DNA of 64,000 nucleotides from a virus. The stretch is from positions 17,781 to 81,780 of the IMG/VR virus record IMGVR_UViG_3300034037_000036. The stretch is one strand, 5' to 3'. This document shows, in pieces, positions 1 to 10,168 of the stretch (within the stretch, counting starts at the first letter, position 1; every line of letters begins with the position of its first letter). A program made the translations under genes and the position numbers. The notes beneath the pieces are model-generated. The model ran no database searches, was not told the origin of the DNA, and worked only from the letters and a program-made list of their open reading frames with translations.

Positions 1-1
1 T

Positions 2-304
2 CCTCCATTTGATTTTCTTGATGATACTTCTTTATCCAAATATAAATTGCAATTATCGTTTTATGGGAGATTATTTATAGACATGCTTAAAAACAGCAAA
101 TATAAAAACCTTCCGTTCTTGGGTGGTATCATTGTTAATTTAAAACGAAATGGTGATTTTAATGAATACATGATAGAGAAAAAAATAATAAAAAAGGTTA
201 TGAAGATTGACCCATTGGAAAATATTAATATGGTTTATGAACAAGAAAGAAATGAAAAAAGAATAATAAAAGAAATTGAAAATAAATTAAATGGAAAAAA
301 TTAA
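2..304 (+). CDS. PD-(D/E)xK (Cas4/RecB-like) exonuclease, C-terminal fragment, 5'-truncated by the window edge
   Basis: The frame is open from base 2 (PPFDFLDDTSLSKYKLQLSFYGRLF...), so the ORF-track start at 47 is not the real start. KYKLQLSFY matches the YxxQLxxY motif of RecB/Cas4-type nucleases. It lies directly upstream of sbcD. Confidence 0.6.
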   Translation, partial: PPFDFLDDTSLSKYKLQLSFYGRLFIDMLKNSKYKNLPFLGGIIVNLKRNGDFNEYMIEKKIIKKVMKIDPLENINMVYEQERNEKRIIKEIENKLNGKN

Positions 305-1118
305 ATATATAGCACATATTGGAGATATACACATAAGAAAATATAAAAGACATGATGAATATGAGAAAGTGTTCAATAAATTATATAAAAAATTATATGA
401 TTTATTTAATGGTGTTGAATATGATTTTAGGAGGATTGTGATTGCTGGTGATTTATTTCATGATAAGGTTAATGTTACTAATGAATTATATATGTTTACA
501 TATAATTTTATTAAAAATTTATCAGAGATTAGTCCTTTAATAATAATTCCAGGAAATCATGATTTATTAGAAAATAATGTTGATAGAATTGATACAATAA
601 CGCCAATAGTTTCAGCATTAAAAGAGAATGGTAAGACTATTGGTTACTTAAAAGAAAGTAAATGTTTTGTTGATAAAAATATAGTATGGTGCCATTATTC
701 TATTTTTGATGGATATAAAAAACCAAATATTGAAAAATATAAAAGAAAATATGGTGATAATAAAGTTTTTATTGGTTTATATCATGGTCCATTAAGTGGT
801 GCAATAACAGATACTGGATATGTATTTGATGATACAAATATTTCAATGGATATATTTGATGGGTTAGATATTGTTATGATGGGGGATATACATAAGAGAA
901 GTTTCTTTAAATATAAAGAAACCATATTAGCATATCCTGGAAGTTTGATACAACAAAATTTTGGTGAGAGTGTAAGTAAACATGGGTTTTTATTTTGGGA
1001 TATAGAAAACAAGAAATATGAAGAGGTTAATATTTACAATGAACATTCATTTTATTCATTTAAAATATCGGATATTACAGATTTTGATAACATAAATTTT
1101 AATTGGTTAAATAAGTGA
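291..1118 (+). CDS. sbcD: SbcD/Mre11-like (T4 gp47-like) metallophosphoesterase nuclease
   Basis: Calcineurin-like motifs HIGDIH, IAGDLFH, PGNHD, YHG, MGDIHK, YPGSLIQQNFGE. An SbcC gene follows. Confidence 0.92.
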   Translation: MEKIKYIAHIGDIHIRKYKRHDEYEKVFNKLYKKLYDLFNGVEYDFRRIVIAGDLFHDKVNVTNELYMFTYNFIKNLSEISPLIIIPGNHDLLENNVDRIDTITPIVSALKENGKTIGYLKESKCFVDKNIVWCHYSIFDGYKKPNIEKYKRKYGDNKVFIGLYHGPLSGAITDTGYVFDDTNISMDIFDGLDIVMMGDIHKRSFFKYKETILAYPGSLIQQNFGESVSKHGFLFWDIENKKYEEVNIYNEHSFYSFKISDITDFDNINFNWLNK

Positions 1119-1486
1119 TAAAAGAGAGTTTATATAATGAAATATTGGAATATTGTAAATTAAACAATATTGAAGATGTGGAAGGTTTAATAAATAAAAT
1201 GCTTGAAAGAGGGTTTCAAATTGAAAAATATGGTGAAACACCAATTAAAATAAATAATGAAATTGTTAAAGAAAAAATAGTATATTTGAACAATGATGAA
1301 GAGGTATTAAAAATGAATGATATTATAAAGGATAAGGATAATGAGATAGAGAAATATAAAGTGATGGTTGAGGAATTAAAGGAAGAATTAAATAAAATTA
1401 AGAATGGTGATGATGATATATATAACGAAGAAAAAAAAGGTATCTTTGGGTCTAATATAATGGATTTATGGAAAAAGAAAAAATAA
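1115..1486 (+). CDS. hypothetical protein
   Basis: ATG overlaps the sbcD stop and the end overlaps the sbcC start. Coiled-coil character. Confidence 0.75.
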   Translation: MIKESLYNEILEYCKLNNIEDVEGLINKMLERGFQIEKYGETPIKINNEIVKEKIVYLNNDEEVLKMNDIIKDKDNEIEKYKVMVEELKEELNKIKNGDDDIYNEEKKGIFGSNIMDLWKKKK

Positions 1487-3828
1487 AAATATCTGAAAAT
1501 TCTAGGATTCGCATATATTGGGAGGACGATCCGTTCAAATATACTAAAGATAATAAGAATATTATTAAAGAAAGATTTTCAGAAAGGTATGGTATAAATA
1601 AAAAAAACATTGAAGTAGTATTTCACCCCAAATTAAAAAACGTTAATGAAAAATCAAATAATTTATTAGATATTGGTAATACATTTTTTAAAAACACAAG
1701 AGATTTAAAATATCATCACGAACTTTTTAAGGAGTGTATAGAAAGAAATGTATTAGATGTTAATTTTGATGAAATTAAAAAAATAGATGAGAAGGTAAAC
1801 TCATTATTAGATATTGATTTAGCAGAATCAAACATTTATAAGATAAATTGGATAGAGTTAAATGGGTTTTTATCATATGGTTATGATAATTTTTTAAACT
1901 TTAAAGATTTAAATGGTTTAATTATAGTAAATTCAATACCTTCAAATCAAGGTGGTAAAACAACATTATGTATAGAATCTTTAAAATTTTTATTTTTTGG
2001 TAAAACTAATAAGGCTAATAATACAACCCAAATATTTAATAAATTTATAAATGGTGAGGTGGCTTCAGTAAAGGGTTCATTTAATATAAATGGTGAAGAA
2101 TATATTATTGAGAGATCATTAACAAGAACTAAAAATAAATCTGGTAGATTTAATAAAACAATAAAGAGTAAGGTTAATTTTTATAAAAAGGTTGGGGATG
2201 AGATTATAAATATGAATGATGAAGATTCAATATCAACTAGTAATAAAATTAAGAATATAATTGGTAATGAAAATGATTTTGAATTTAGCATATTAACAAC
2301 TTTAAGAAACATTGATGATTTTATTTCATTAGGTCCAACAGAGCTTACCAGAATAATAAATAAATATATTGGTCTTGATATAATTGAGAAGAAAGAACAA
2401 ATTGCAAAAGATTTATTTAATAAATTTAGTAAAAAATTAAATAAAAATTTATATTCAATAGATGATTTGAAAAAAGATATTGAAAATTTAAATAAAGATA
2501 AAACATCATTGGAAGATAAAAATAAAGAATTAAATGTTTTATTAGAAAAGAAAAGGTCGGAGTTAAAAGAATTGGAAAAGGAGAAAGAAGATTTAATATA
2601 TAGCAAGAAACCAATTGATGATGAAATAAAGGGATTAAATTTGGAAAATTTAAATAATGAATTAAAAACAATAATAAAAGAAGGAAAATCAGTTTCCTCA
2701 AAGATTAATAAATTAAAAGAAGAAATTGATACATTATCTGATATAGAATATGATGATAAAAAATATATAGAAACAGTAAATAATTTAATATCAATAAATG
2801 ATGAAATCAGCACAATAAACAACCTTATTTCATTAAAGAAATCAGATATAAAAACTTATTTGGAAGAACAAATATGTCCAAAATGTAAAAGACCATTAGA
2901 TGGTATTGATAATACGGAAAAAATAAATAAATTAAATAATGAAATTGAAGATTTGAATAATAAATTATTGACATTAAATAATAAGAAAAAAGAAATTGAA
3001 AAAGAAAAAGATGAGCTTGAGGAATTAAAGAAAGAACATGATTATAAATCATCACTTGAAATTAAGTTGGATAAATATATTGTTGAAAAAGAGGGGTTGG
3101 AATTGAAATATAAGACAGTAAAAAATAAAATAAATAAGATAAAAGATTATAATAAAGTAATAGAACATAACATATCTATAGATTGTAAAATAGAATATGT
3201 TAAATCCCAAATACAAATAAAAAACAATGAGATTGAAAAACTTATAGGTGAAATTGAAGGAAACAAAGGTAAAATAGATAATATAAATGATAAAATAATT
3301 GACAATGAAGAATTAATTAAGATAATAAATAAAGAAATTGAGGATGAAAAAAATTTTAAGGATTATTTATTATTAGTGGGGAAAGGCGGTATTAAAAATT
3401 TGATATTAAAATCAATATTACCAATTTTAAATTCTGAAATAAAAAGATTGTTAGATGATATTGTTGATTTTGATGTTGAATTGGTATTAAATAACAACAA
3501 TTTAATTGATTTTATTTTAGTAAAAGGCGATAAAGAAATGCCTTTAAAATCTGGAAGTGGATTAGAATTATCTGTAAGTTCTGTAGCAATAAGGTCATTA
3601 CTTGGAAGGATGTCATCATTACCAAGACCAAATTTTATTGTATTTGATGAGGTATTTGGGTCAATTTCTGATGAAAATATTGAAAAAATAAGACCTTTAT
3701 TTTATAAGATAAAAGACATGTATGAAAAAGTTTTTATAATAACCATGAGGGAAGAGGTTAAAAATTGGGCAGATACCACAATAACAGTAGTAAAAGAAAA
3801 TAATATATCTAAATTAAAAATAAAGTAA
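1468..3828 (+). CDS. sbcC: SbcC/Rad50-like (T4 gp46-like) ABC ATPase
   Basis: Walker A (NQGGKTT), long coiled coil, CPKC zinc hook, signature (SGSGLE), Walker B (IVFDEVFG). Confidence 0.93.
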   Translation: MEKEKIKISENSRIRIYWEDDPFKYTKDNKNIIKERFSERYGINKKNIEVVFHPKLKNVNEKSNNLLDIGNTFFKNTRDLKYHHELFKECIERNVLDVNFDEIKKIDEKVNSLLDIDLAESNIYKINWIELNGFLSYGYDNFLNFKDLNGLIIVNSIPSNQGGKTTLCIESLKFLFFGKTNKANNTTQIFNKFINGEVASVKGSFNINGEEYIIERSLTRTKNKSGRFNKTIKSKVNFYKKVGDEIINMNDEDSISTSNKIKNIIGNENDFEFSILTTLRNIDDFISLGPTELTRIINKYIGLDIIEKKEQIAKDLFNKFSKKLNKNLYSIDDLKKDIENLNKDKTSLEDKNKELNVLLEKKRSELKELEKEKEDLIYSKKPIDDEIKGLNLENLNNELKTIIKEGKSVSSKINKLKEEIDTLSDIEYDDKKYIETVNNLISINDEISTINNLISLKKSDIKTYLEEQICPKCKRPLDGIDNTEKINKLNNEIEDLNNKLLTLNNKKKEIEKEKDELEELKKEHDYKSSLEIKLDKYIVEKEGLELKYKTVKNKINKIKDYNKVIEHNISIDCKIEYVKSQIQIKNNEIEKLIGEIEGNKGKIDNINDKIIDNEELIKIINKEIEDEKNFKDYLLLVGKGGIKNLILKSILPILNSEIKRLLDDIVDFDVELVLNNNNLIDFILVKGDKEMPLKSGSGLELSVSSVAIRSLLGRMSSLPRPNFIVFDEVFGSISDENIEKIRPLFYKIKDMYEKVFIITMREEVKNWADTTITVVKENNISKLKIK

Positions 3829-3829
3829 T

Positions 3830-4372
3830 ATGGATAATTTATCAATGTTTACTTACCTTATAATATTTTTTGGTGAGTTGGAAGATGAAAAAATTGAATA
3901 TCTAAATTCAATAAATAATATGAGTAATGGAAATTTTTGTATGAAATACAAAGGCAAAACATTTTATGTAATGCATACAAACCATTATATATTTGAGATG
4001 AAAGAATTGTTGGAAAGAAAGATTAGTTTGGAACATGTCATAAATATGTTTGAAGATATAGGATTTTCTTGGAAATTTAATGATGATAAAATAAATAAAT
4101 TTTTAGATGAAAATATATTAAAGATTAAATATATAATTGAAAATATGAAAAATAGTTTTTTTATTCCAAGCCCATTTAACAAAATGTCTAAAACAGATCA
4201 GGCAATTTATAAAAAAAGAGAATTAAATTTAGATGATGTAAAAGATTTATCAATAGATGAAATAAACAATATGATAAATAAATATTTGGATTTTGGTATA
4301 AATAAATTAGATGATGTGGACAAGAGGAATTTAGAGTTATTAACAAATTTGTTAAATGAAAGAAAAAAATAA
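3830..4372 (+). CDS. hypothetical protein
   Basis: 180-aa ORF abutting the sbcC stop; no recognised motif. Confidence 0.75.
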   Translation: MDNLSMFTYLIIFFGELEDEKIEYLNSINNMSNGNFCMKYKGKTFYVMHTNHYIFEMKELLERKISLEHVINMFEDIGFSWKFNDDKINKFLDENILKIKYIIENMKNSFFIPSPFNKMSKTDQAIYKKRELNLDDVKDLSIDEINNMINKYLDFGINKLDDVDKRNLELLTNLLNERKK

Positions 4373-4396
4373 TAATATGTTAAAATCGTTATTTAA

Positions 4397-5125
4397 ATGG
4401 GTAATCAATGGAACAATGAATTTTCAGAAGAGAATGTTTTGAGATATTTTAAAGATGTTAAAGAAAGCGAAACAGATTATAATGAAGAAATTGAACTTTT
4501 TAAGAAAATAAAAAAAGGTGATAAGAAATCACGTGATTTAGTATTAAAGAAACATTTAAGATTTGTAATAAAAGTAGCTAAAACATATAAAGGTTGTGGT
4601 TTACCAATTCAGGATATTATTGGATTTGGGAATTTAGGTTTAGTTAAAGCCATAGATACTTTTGATATAAATAAAAATTGTAGCTTTTTAAGACATGCTT
4701 ATTTTAGCATAAAAGGTGAAATATTGAATAATTTAAGACAACATTCAAATATAATCAGAATACCAACATCTACAATGAGGAAAAATAAAGATAATAAAAA
4801 AATATATTCATATGAATATGATTTAGTAAAATTATATAATGTTTTGTATAGTGATTCTGATGGTAATTATAAATCAGCAGATTATGATATATTATTATAT
4901 GAAAAAGACTTTTTTTATAATAAATTAATTGAAAAAATTGAATTATTATCAGATGAAGAAAAAGATATAATAAAGAAAAGTTATGGTATTAAATGTAAAA
5001 AAGTTGGATTAAACGATTTATGTAAAGAATATGGGACACATAGACCAAAAATTGTTGAAATAAGAAAAAATGGTCTTAGAAAATTAAGGTATTTTCTTGC
5101 AGATGATATTAAAGAATATATTTAA
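4397..5125 (+). CDS. sigma-70 family RNA polymerase sigma factor (divergent)
   Basis: Region 1.2 (YFKDV...EEIELFKKIKKGDKKSRD), region 2 (HLRFVIKVAKTYKGCGLPIQDIIGFGNLGLVKAIDTFD), region 4-like HTH (LSDEEKDIIKKSYG...KIVEIRKNGLRKLR). Confidence 0.85.
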   Translation: MGNQWNNEFSEENVLRYFKDVKESETDYNEEIELFKKIKKGDKKSRDLVLKKHLRFVIKVAKTYKGCGLPIQDIIGFGNLGLVKAIDTFDINKNCSFLRHAYFSIKGEILNNLRQHSNIIRIPTSTMRKNKDNKKIYSYEYDLVKLYNVLYSDSDGNYKSADYDILLYEKDFFYNKLIEKIELLSDEEKDIIKKSYGIKCKKVGLNDLCKEYGTHRPKIVEIRKNGLRKLRYFLADDIKEYI

Positions 5126-5164
5126 TATTGAGAGGTAATATAATTAAATATAAAAATAATTAAA

Positions 5165-6187
5165 ATGAATAAAAGATTTATCGGTTATATAACTATAATT
5201 TTTGCTATAATTTTATCATCTAGTGCAGCATATATTTCTATTATTGGTTGGGGTAAATTATTTTCTGGAAATTCTGTATTGGTTATGATTGTTATGGGAG
5301 TATTAGAAGCAAGTAAAATAATAGTATCATTATATTTACATAAAGTTTTTAATAGTGTAAATAAAATAACATTTAGTAGTATTTTAAAATCAATATTTTC
5401 TATTGAATCTTATTTAATAATTGGTGTAATAGTTACGATGTTCTTAACATCTATTGGTATATACGGATTTTTAAGTTCATCATATAAACAAAGTTTTAAT
5501 GGGTTAACCAAACATGAGGGAAGAATAAAGATAATTGAAAATAAGATAAAATTTTTTAATGATAATAAAAAGGATATTGAAGATTTAATTGAATATAAAA
5601 AGAAACGAATTGACCAATTGGTTTCAATAAGAGTTCAGCAGGAAGCAAGGTTGGATTCGTTAATTAAAAATAACCATTGGTATAATGTAAAAAAAACACG
5701 TGAAGATATAAACAATGCTAATAATGAGATAAAAAATTTAAATGTAGAAATTGGTAATCTAAATAATAATTTATTAAGTTTACAGGATTCAATAAATAGA
5801 TATAATGAAAAGAAAATTGATATTGAAACATCAACAAATGAAACATATGAAATTGGTCCAATATTATATATGGCAAAATTATTAAATAAAGATTTAGATG
5901 ATATTGTTAATTATGTTATATTTTTAATAATATTTATTTTTGATCCAATGGCAATTTCTTTATTGATTGTATCAGATAAAATATTGAGTGAGAAAGTTGT
6001 AAATGTGAATAAAGTTGAACCTAAAGTATTCAATTATCAAAAAAAAGAGGAAAATAATAATATAACCAATGATAACAGAGGATTTAGCACTAATATACCC
6101 AACCCTAAAAAAGTTGTTGAGAGAAAGTTAGGTACTAATAAAAAAATAGTTGATGACAATACTATAATCTTTAAGAAAAAAAGATAG
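5165..6187 (+). CDS. multi-pass membrane protein with a large coiled-coil loop
   Basis: Three N-terminal hydrophobic helices, a long heptad region, then a further TM segment (YVIFLIIFIFDPMAISLLIV). Confidence 0.75.
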   Translation: MNKRFIGYITIIFAIILSSSAAYISIIGWGKLFSGNSVLVMIVMGVLEASKIIVSLYLHKVFNSVNKITFSSILKSIFSIESYLIIGVIVTMFLTSIGIYGFLSSSYKQSFNGLTKHEGRIKIIENKIKFFNDNKKDIEDLIEYKKKRIDQLVSIRVQQEARLDSLIKNNHWYNVKKTREDINNANNEIKNLNVEIGNLNNNLLSLQDSINRYNEKKIDIETSTNETYEIGPILYMAKLLNKDLDDIVNYVIFLIIFIFDPMAISLLIVSDKILSEKVVNVNKVEPKVFNYQKKEENNNITNDNRGFSTNIPNPKKVVERKLGTNKKIVDDNTIIFKKKR

Positions 6188-6228
6188 TTAAAAACCATAT
6201 AATCTGTATTTAATTTAATATTAGCCAC

Positions 6229-6245
6229 TATTTATATAGTGGATA
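6229..6245 (+). promoter_or_regulatory. candidate phage promoter (TATTTATA motif, extended TATTTATATAGTGGATA)
   Basis: The 17-nt string is identical to the one upstream of the scaffold gene (38336-38352, minus strand). It lies between co-directional genes. Confidence 0.5.
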
Positions 6246-6300
6246 AACTATGGGAATTTAATATAATTCCCATTTTAATATTATTTTAAAATTATTATTT

Positions 6301-6681
6301 ATGGACGAAAGAGAATATAGTGTTAAAATATTGAATTTATTTAGAAATAAAAAGATTATCACAGAAGAGGTTGAGACTAATATAAATATTGATGAAGTTA
6401 AAGAAGAGGAAAAAAGATTACGTAATTTTATAGATTCATCAATAAAGATAATTAGTTTCAATGTATATAAAGATGTTAATAATGTTGTAATGTATTGTCA
6501 AGCAATTGGAATGGAGGGTATTGAATTTCAATTTACATTAGAAGATAGTAATGGTGTTTATATAACATTAAATAATGCAAATTTGACAGAGGATTTATTA
6601 AACAAATTGGGTAAATTATATAGGTTTTATAAACAATGGAGAGATAGGTGGTTTGAATATTTAAATGAAACAAATGTATGA
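6301..6681 (+). CDS. hypothetical protein
   Basis: 126-aa ORF; its stop overlaps the next start (ATGA). Confidence 0.75.
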   Translation: MDEREYSVKILNLFRNKKIITEEVETNINIDEVKEEEKRLRNFIDSSIKIISFNVYKDVNNVVMYCQAIGMEGIEFQFTLEDSNGVYITLNNANLTEDLLNKLGKLYRFYKQWRDRWFEYLNETNV

Positions 6682-7421
6682 TTACTAAATTAAAAAACAT
6701 ATCAATAATTGTTTTGGTTATAATAATCATTTTATTATTGTGGAATAATAATAAGATAAAAAATGATATATCATTATATAAAAACAATATTGAATATCTT
6801 AAAGATTCTTTAAGATATGAACATGAATATAATGATAGATTGGTAGCATCACATAGAGCTTTGGTTATTGAAAGAAAAAACCTTAAAGAGATTAATAAAA
6901 AATTAGATGAAGAAATAAAAAAAGTAAAAGGAAAAGTAATTGAAGTTATTAAAACAAAAAGCGTTATTGTTCATGATACGGTTGAAGTTGTAACCAATTA
7001 TACTGTTTACAACACAAATGGAATATATAATTTAAAACTCAATTGGGAATATGATACTTCATTTACATCAGAAGATTGGTATGTAATATCTGGTTATAAT
7101 GATGTGAAGTTAGATAGTTCAATGGGAGTTTTGGATGTTAAAACTGTTATAACAAAACATGATATTGGATTTTCATTAATTACTGGATTGCGTGAAAAGG
7201 ATAAAAAAGTTGAAATTTTTGTTACCAGCAATTATCCAGGATTAAAACCAACAAGCATTGATGGTGCGATAATAGATCCCAAAAAACACCCAATTTTTAA
7301 GAAATATTCAAAAAAGAAAAAGATTGGTATTGGTCCTTATGTTGGGATTGGTATTAATGGGGTAGGAAAACTATCTCCGCAAATTGGTGTTGGTTTACAA
7401 TATAATTTAATAAAATTTTAA
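6678..7421 (+). CDS. membrane-anchored coiled-coil protein with a C-terminal beta-strand/aromatic tail (spanin-like candidate)
   Basis: N-terminal TM (ISIIVLVIIIILLLW), coiled coil, Gly-rich amphipathic C-terminus ending GVGLQYNLIKF. Confidence 0.55.
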   Translation: MITKLKNISIIVLVIIIILLLWNNNKIKNDISLYKNNIEYLKDSLRYEHEYNDRLVASHRALVIERKNLKEINKKLDEEIKKVKGKVIEVIKTKSVIVHDTVEVVTNYTVYNTNGIYNLKLNWEYDTSFTSEDWYVISGYNDVKLDSSMGVLDVKTVITKHDIGFSLITGLREKDKKVEIFVTSNYPGLKPTSIDGAIIDPKKHPIFKKYSKKKKIGIGPYVGIGINGVGKLSPQIGVGLQYNLIKF

Positions 7422-7429
7422 TATTTATA
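7422..7429 (+). promoter_or_regulatory. candidate phage promoter TATTTATA
   Basis: The motif fills the short gap just before ATG 7432, between co-directional genes. Confidence 0.4.
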
Positions 7430-7431
7430 TT

Positions 7432-7626
7432 ATGACAAAAAAAGAATTTAAAGAGTTTTTGAAATCTGATGAATTTAAGAAATTGGTAAAGAAGGAAATT
7501 TTGGATGGCTTAAAGAACGACAATAGAGTAAGGCAGGAAGTTTATGAGATTTCAAAAGACGTTTTAATTAAATTATATAAAGCATTTTGGGTAAAAAGAA
7601 ATTTTTGGACTAATTATATTAAATAA
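7432..7626 (+). CDS. hypothetical protein
   Basis: 64-aa ORF in a co-directional run. Confidence 0.7.
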   Translation: MTKKEFKEFLKSDEFKKLVKKEILDGLKNDNRVRQEVYEISKDVLIKLYKAFWVKRNFWTNYIK

Positions 7627-7628
7627 TA

Positions 7629-8723
7629 TTGAGAAAAATGAAATTGATAATAACTGAAAATCAGGTAAAATATTTAATTAAGAAAATACATAAGAAGAGT
7701 GATAAGATTGATAATGAAGAAAACGATTCAAAGTCATTTAATTTTTTTGTAAATAAAACTCTAAATTTTATAAATAAACTATTATTTGATCCTAATTTAA
7801 CTATAAGTGATAAATATATAAATGATTTGTCAATAAATTCTGATGATTTTATCAGATTATTGTTTCATGTTGGTATATTAAAAAAGGATGATAAAAGAAT
7901 AATTGTAGATAAATCAAATTTAAGAGACAAATTAAAGGATTTATATAATATAATGCTATCACCAGCATTGGCTACTGAAAATACAACTACAGCCTCTAGC
8001 GGAGCTTATGTTGGTCCAATGATTATCACACCAATAAAAAGAGATTTTAACTTATTTAGTCCTTTATTTGAAGATGTGGATATTGAATTATTGGATGAAA
8101 GTTTATTATATGAAATATCTTCAACAATTTTACCTAAAAATGAGAAAAAAGAAGATGTTTCTTATTTATTGGATAGTTTAAAATATAAATGTTTTGCATT
8201 ACCAAAATTTGGTTCTTATTGTATAAACAAAGCATATAAAGTTATAAATGGTGATAAAACTATATTTGAAATACCTTTAATGTCAGATGATGATAATTCT
8301 GAAAAAATAGAATTATTATACACTAAAACTGGAGATAATAAGGGAGATTTATTTGTTTATTTTGTTGATTATGGAATAATTAAAGATGCGTTTTTATTAT
8401 TTCCAAAAGAATTTAGAGTATTATTGTTAAAAGAAATTATAGAAAGATTGGAAGAAGGTAATAAATTAATTGATGAGAATACTGACACTTCATCTGTTGG
8501 TTATTATGCAACACCTGGTTTTTTGGGTAGCGATTTTTTTGGAAATAAAAATGGTAAAGGTATTGTAAATAAAGGCATAACACATAAAAAACCATTTTTT
8601 GCAGGTGGTAAATTTGTTAAATTTGATGATTGTGTAAGACCCAATAATAATAAAGAAGCACAAAATGGAGGCTGTTCTCAAGGTGCAGCTGATAAAGTTG
8701 TTAAATTAGTAGATAAATTATAA
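7629..8723 (+). CDS. hypothetical protein, candidate protease-processed internal head protein (probable start ATG 7638)
   Basis: Leader MKLIITENQ; two related internal motifs, LATENTTTASSGAYVGP and LIDENTDTSSVGYYATPG. Confidence 0.65.
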   Translation: MRKMKLIITENQVKYLIKKIHKKSDKIDNEENDSKSFNFFVNKTLNFINKLLFDPNLTISDKYINDLSINSDDFIRLLFHVGILKKDDKRIIVDKSNLRDKLKDLYNIMLSPALATENTTTASSGAYVGPMIITPIKRDFNLFSPLFEDVDIELLDESLLYEISSTILPKNEKKEDVSYLLDSLKYKCFALPKFGSYCINKAYKVINGDKTIFEIPLMSDDDNSEKIELLYTKTGDNKGDLFVYFVDYGIIKDAFLLFPKEFRVLLLKEIIERLEEGNKLIDENTDTSSVGYYATPGFLGSDFFGNKNGKGIVNKGITHKKPFFAGGKFVKFDDCVRPNNNKEAQNGGCSQGAADKVVKLVDKL

Positions 8724-8743
8724 CATTAAAAAATTATATAATT

Positions 8744-9835
8744 ATGGATTTAAAGAAAATTATAAAAGAAGAAGTTCATATAGCAATGGGAACTATAAAA
8801 AATATCCTAAATAAGGATAAAGAATTTAATGAAGATTATTATGAAAATGTTGGAAAAAAGTTTGAAGAATATTATAAAGATTTAAAGGATGATTCTAAAG
8901 AATTGGATAATAAATATGAAATGACTGATGAGGAAAAAGAAATTCATGATTTGTATGAGATAAGAAATGGTCTTGAAATGATTGAATATGATAATGAACC
9001 ATCAGAAAAATTTAAAGAAAGGGCAAAAGAAGCGATTGTAGGAAGTTCAAAAATGGGAAATCCAAAAGAAACTGGTGGTAAAGGTTTCAAACCATCAAGT
9101 GTTGATGAGAATGAAAAAATTTTTAAGGATGCATTAAAAAGCAAGAAAAAAAGAGATGAGGCGAAATTAAATTATATTAGTATGGGAGATGATATTGAAA
9201 TGATAAACGGTGGAAAGGGAAGGAAAAATAAAAGAAAATTGGCATTTGAAAGCGAAGAATATGAAGAAAAACTTAAAGGTGGATATGCTGATAATATGAC
9301 ACCAGAAGATATTGCAGAAAAACATGGTGTTGATGTTGATAAAATATATAAACAACTTGAAAAGGGAATTAAGATTGAAATGGAACATACCAACAGTAAA
9401 GATGTGGCAAGAGAAATTGCTTTGGATCATTTGTTTGAAAACCCAGATTATTATGATGATTTAGAAAGAATAGAAAATGAAGAAGAAACTGAAGAAATTG
9501 TTGTTGAAAATAAAAATGTTTTTTATTCAAAAGAAAAATTTAATAGTTTTGAAGATGCTTTAAATTTAATTACTGAAGATAAAAAAGTTGATGGTAATAA
9601 AGTAGTTGTTACTGATGGGAATGAAAAATATGAAATTTTATTTAAAGATGGTGAACCAATTGTTGAAAATTATGAAAATAAAAAAATGTTAGAAGAAAGT
9701 ATAAACAAAATAAATAAGTTATATAATTTTGATCAATTCAAAGAGTTTGCAGGCTTAAATGGAAATGAAAGAAAATCTGAAGATGATAAATTTTCTGATA
9801 TATTGAAAAAAATGAAAAACCTTGCTGAAAAATAA
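8744..9835 (+). CDS. acidic protein with a DUF5661-like motif, candidate internal head protein
   Basis: KGIKIEMEHT...AREIALDHLFENPDYYDDLERIE resembles DUF5661 (recalled, not searched). Leader MDLKKIIKEE. Confidence 0.6.
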   Translation: MDLKKIIKEEVHIAMGTIKNILNKDKEFNEDYYENVGKKFEEYYKDLKDDSKELDNKYEMTDEEKEIHDLYEIRNGLEMIEYDNEPSEKFKERAKEAIVGSSKMGNPKETGGKGFKPSSVDENEKIFKDALKSKKKRDEAKLNYISMGDDIEMINGGKGRKNKRKLAFESEEYEEKLKGGYADNMTPEDIAEKHGVDVDKIYKQLEKGIKIEMEHTNSKDVAREIALDHLFENPDYYDDLERIENEEETEEIVVENKNVFYSKEKFNSFEDALNLITEDKKVDGNKVVVTDGNEKYEILFKDGEPIVENYENKKMLEESINKINKLYNFDQFKEFAGLNGNERKSEDDKFSDILKKMKNLAEK

Positions 9836-9855
9836 TAATATTTAAATCTAATTTG

Positions 9856-9890
9856 AAAAATCCCACAATATGAATTTGTGGGATTTTTTT
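9856..9890 (+). terminator. rho-independent terminator
   Basis: AAAAATCCCACAA-tatgaat-TTGTGGGATTTTT plus a T-run, just after the stop at 9835. Confidence 0.8.
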
Positions 9891-9912
9891 ATTTTTGTTT
9901 TATTTTTTTTGG

Positions 9913-9920
9913 TAATTTTG
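9913..9920 (+). promoter_or_regulatory. Bacteroidota-type -7 promoter element (TAATTTTG)
   Basis: Matches TAnnTTTG, is followed by CA, and lies 11 nt before ATG 9932. Confidence 0.5.
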
Positions 9921-9931
9921 CAATTAAAAAT

Positions 9932-10168
9932 ATGAATAAAGAATTGGAAATATTAAAAAAAACTGTTCTTTTAGAAATTGAAAAAATAGAAGTAGAAATA
10001 AATAATATTTTACATAACGAATCATTAAATATTGATGATAAAATTGATCAATTAAAAAATTTAATTGAAACATTTACAATAAAAGAATTATCTTTAACAT
10101 TAATAAATAACATTATCAATAATACAACAAAAAAACAAAACGAAAATGGAAAAATTGATGAGACTTAA
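9932..10168 (+). CDS. hypothetical protein
   Basis: The ORF-track start (9878) runs through the terminator; ATG 9932 (MNKELEILKK) follows the -7 element. Confidence 0.6.
   Translation: MNKELEILKKTVLLEIEKIEVEINNILHNESLNIDDKIDQLKNLIETFTIKELSLTLINNIINNTTKKQNENGKIDET

Noticed and set aside
2-304. Cas4 as part of a CRISPR system
   Set aside because: The context is SbcCD recombination genes, and no array was seen in the window.
9878-9931. ORF-track start of the 96-aa ORF
   Set aside because: It translates the terminator T-tract; ATG 9932 after the -7 element is more plausible.
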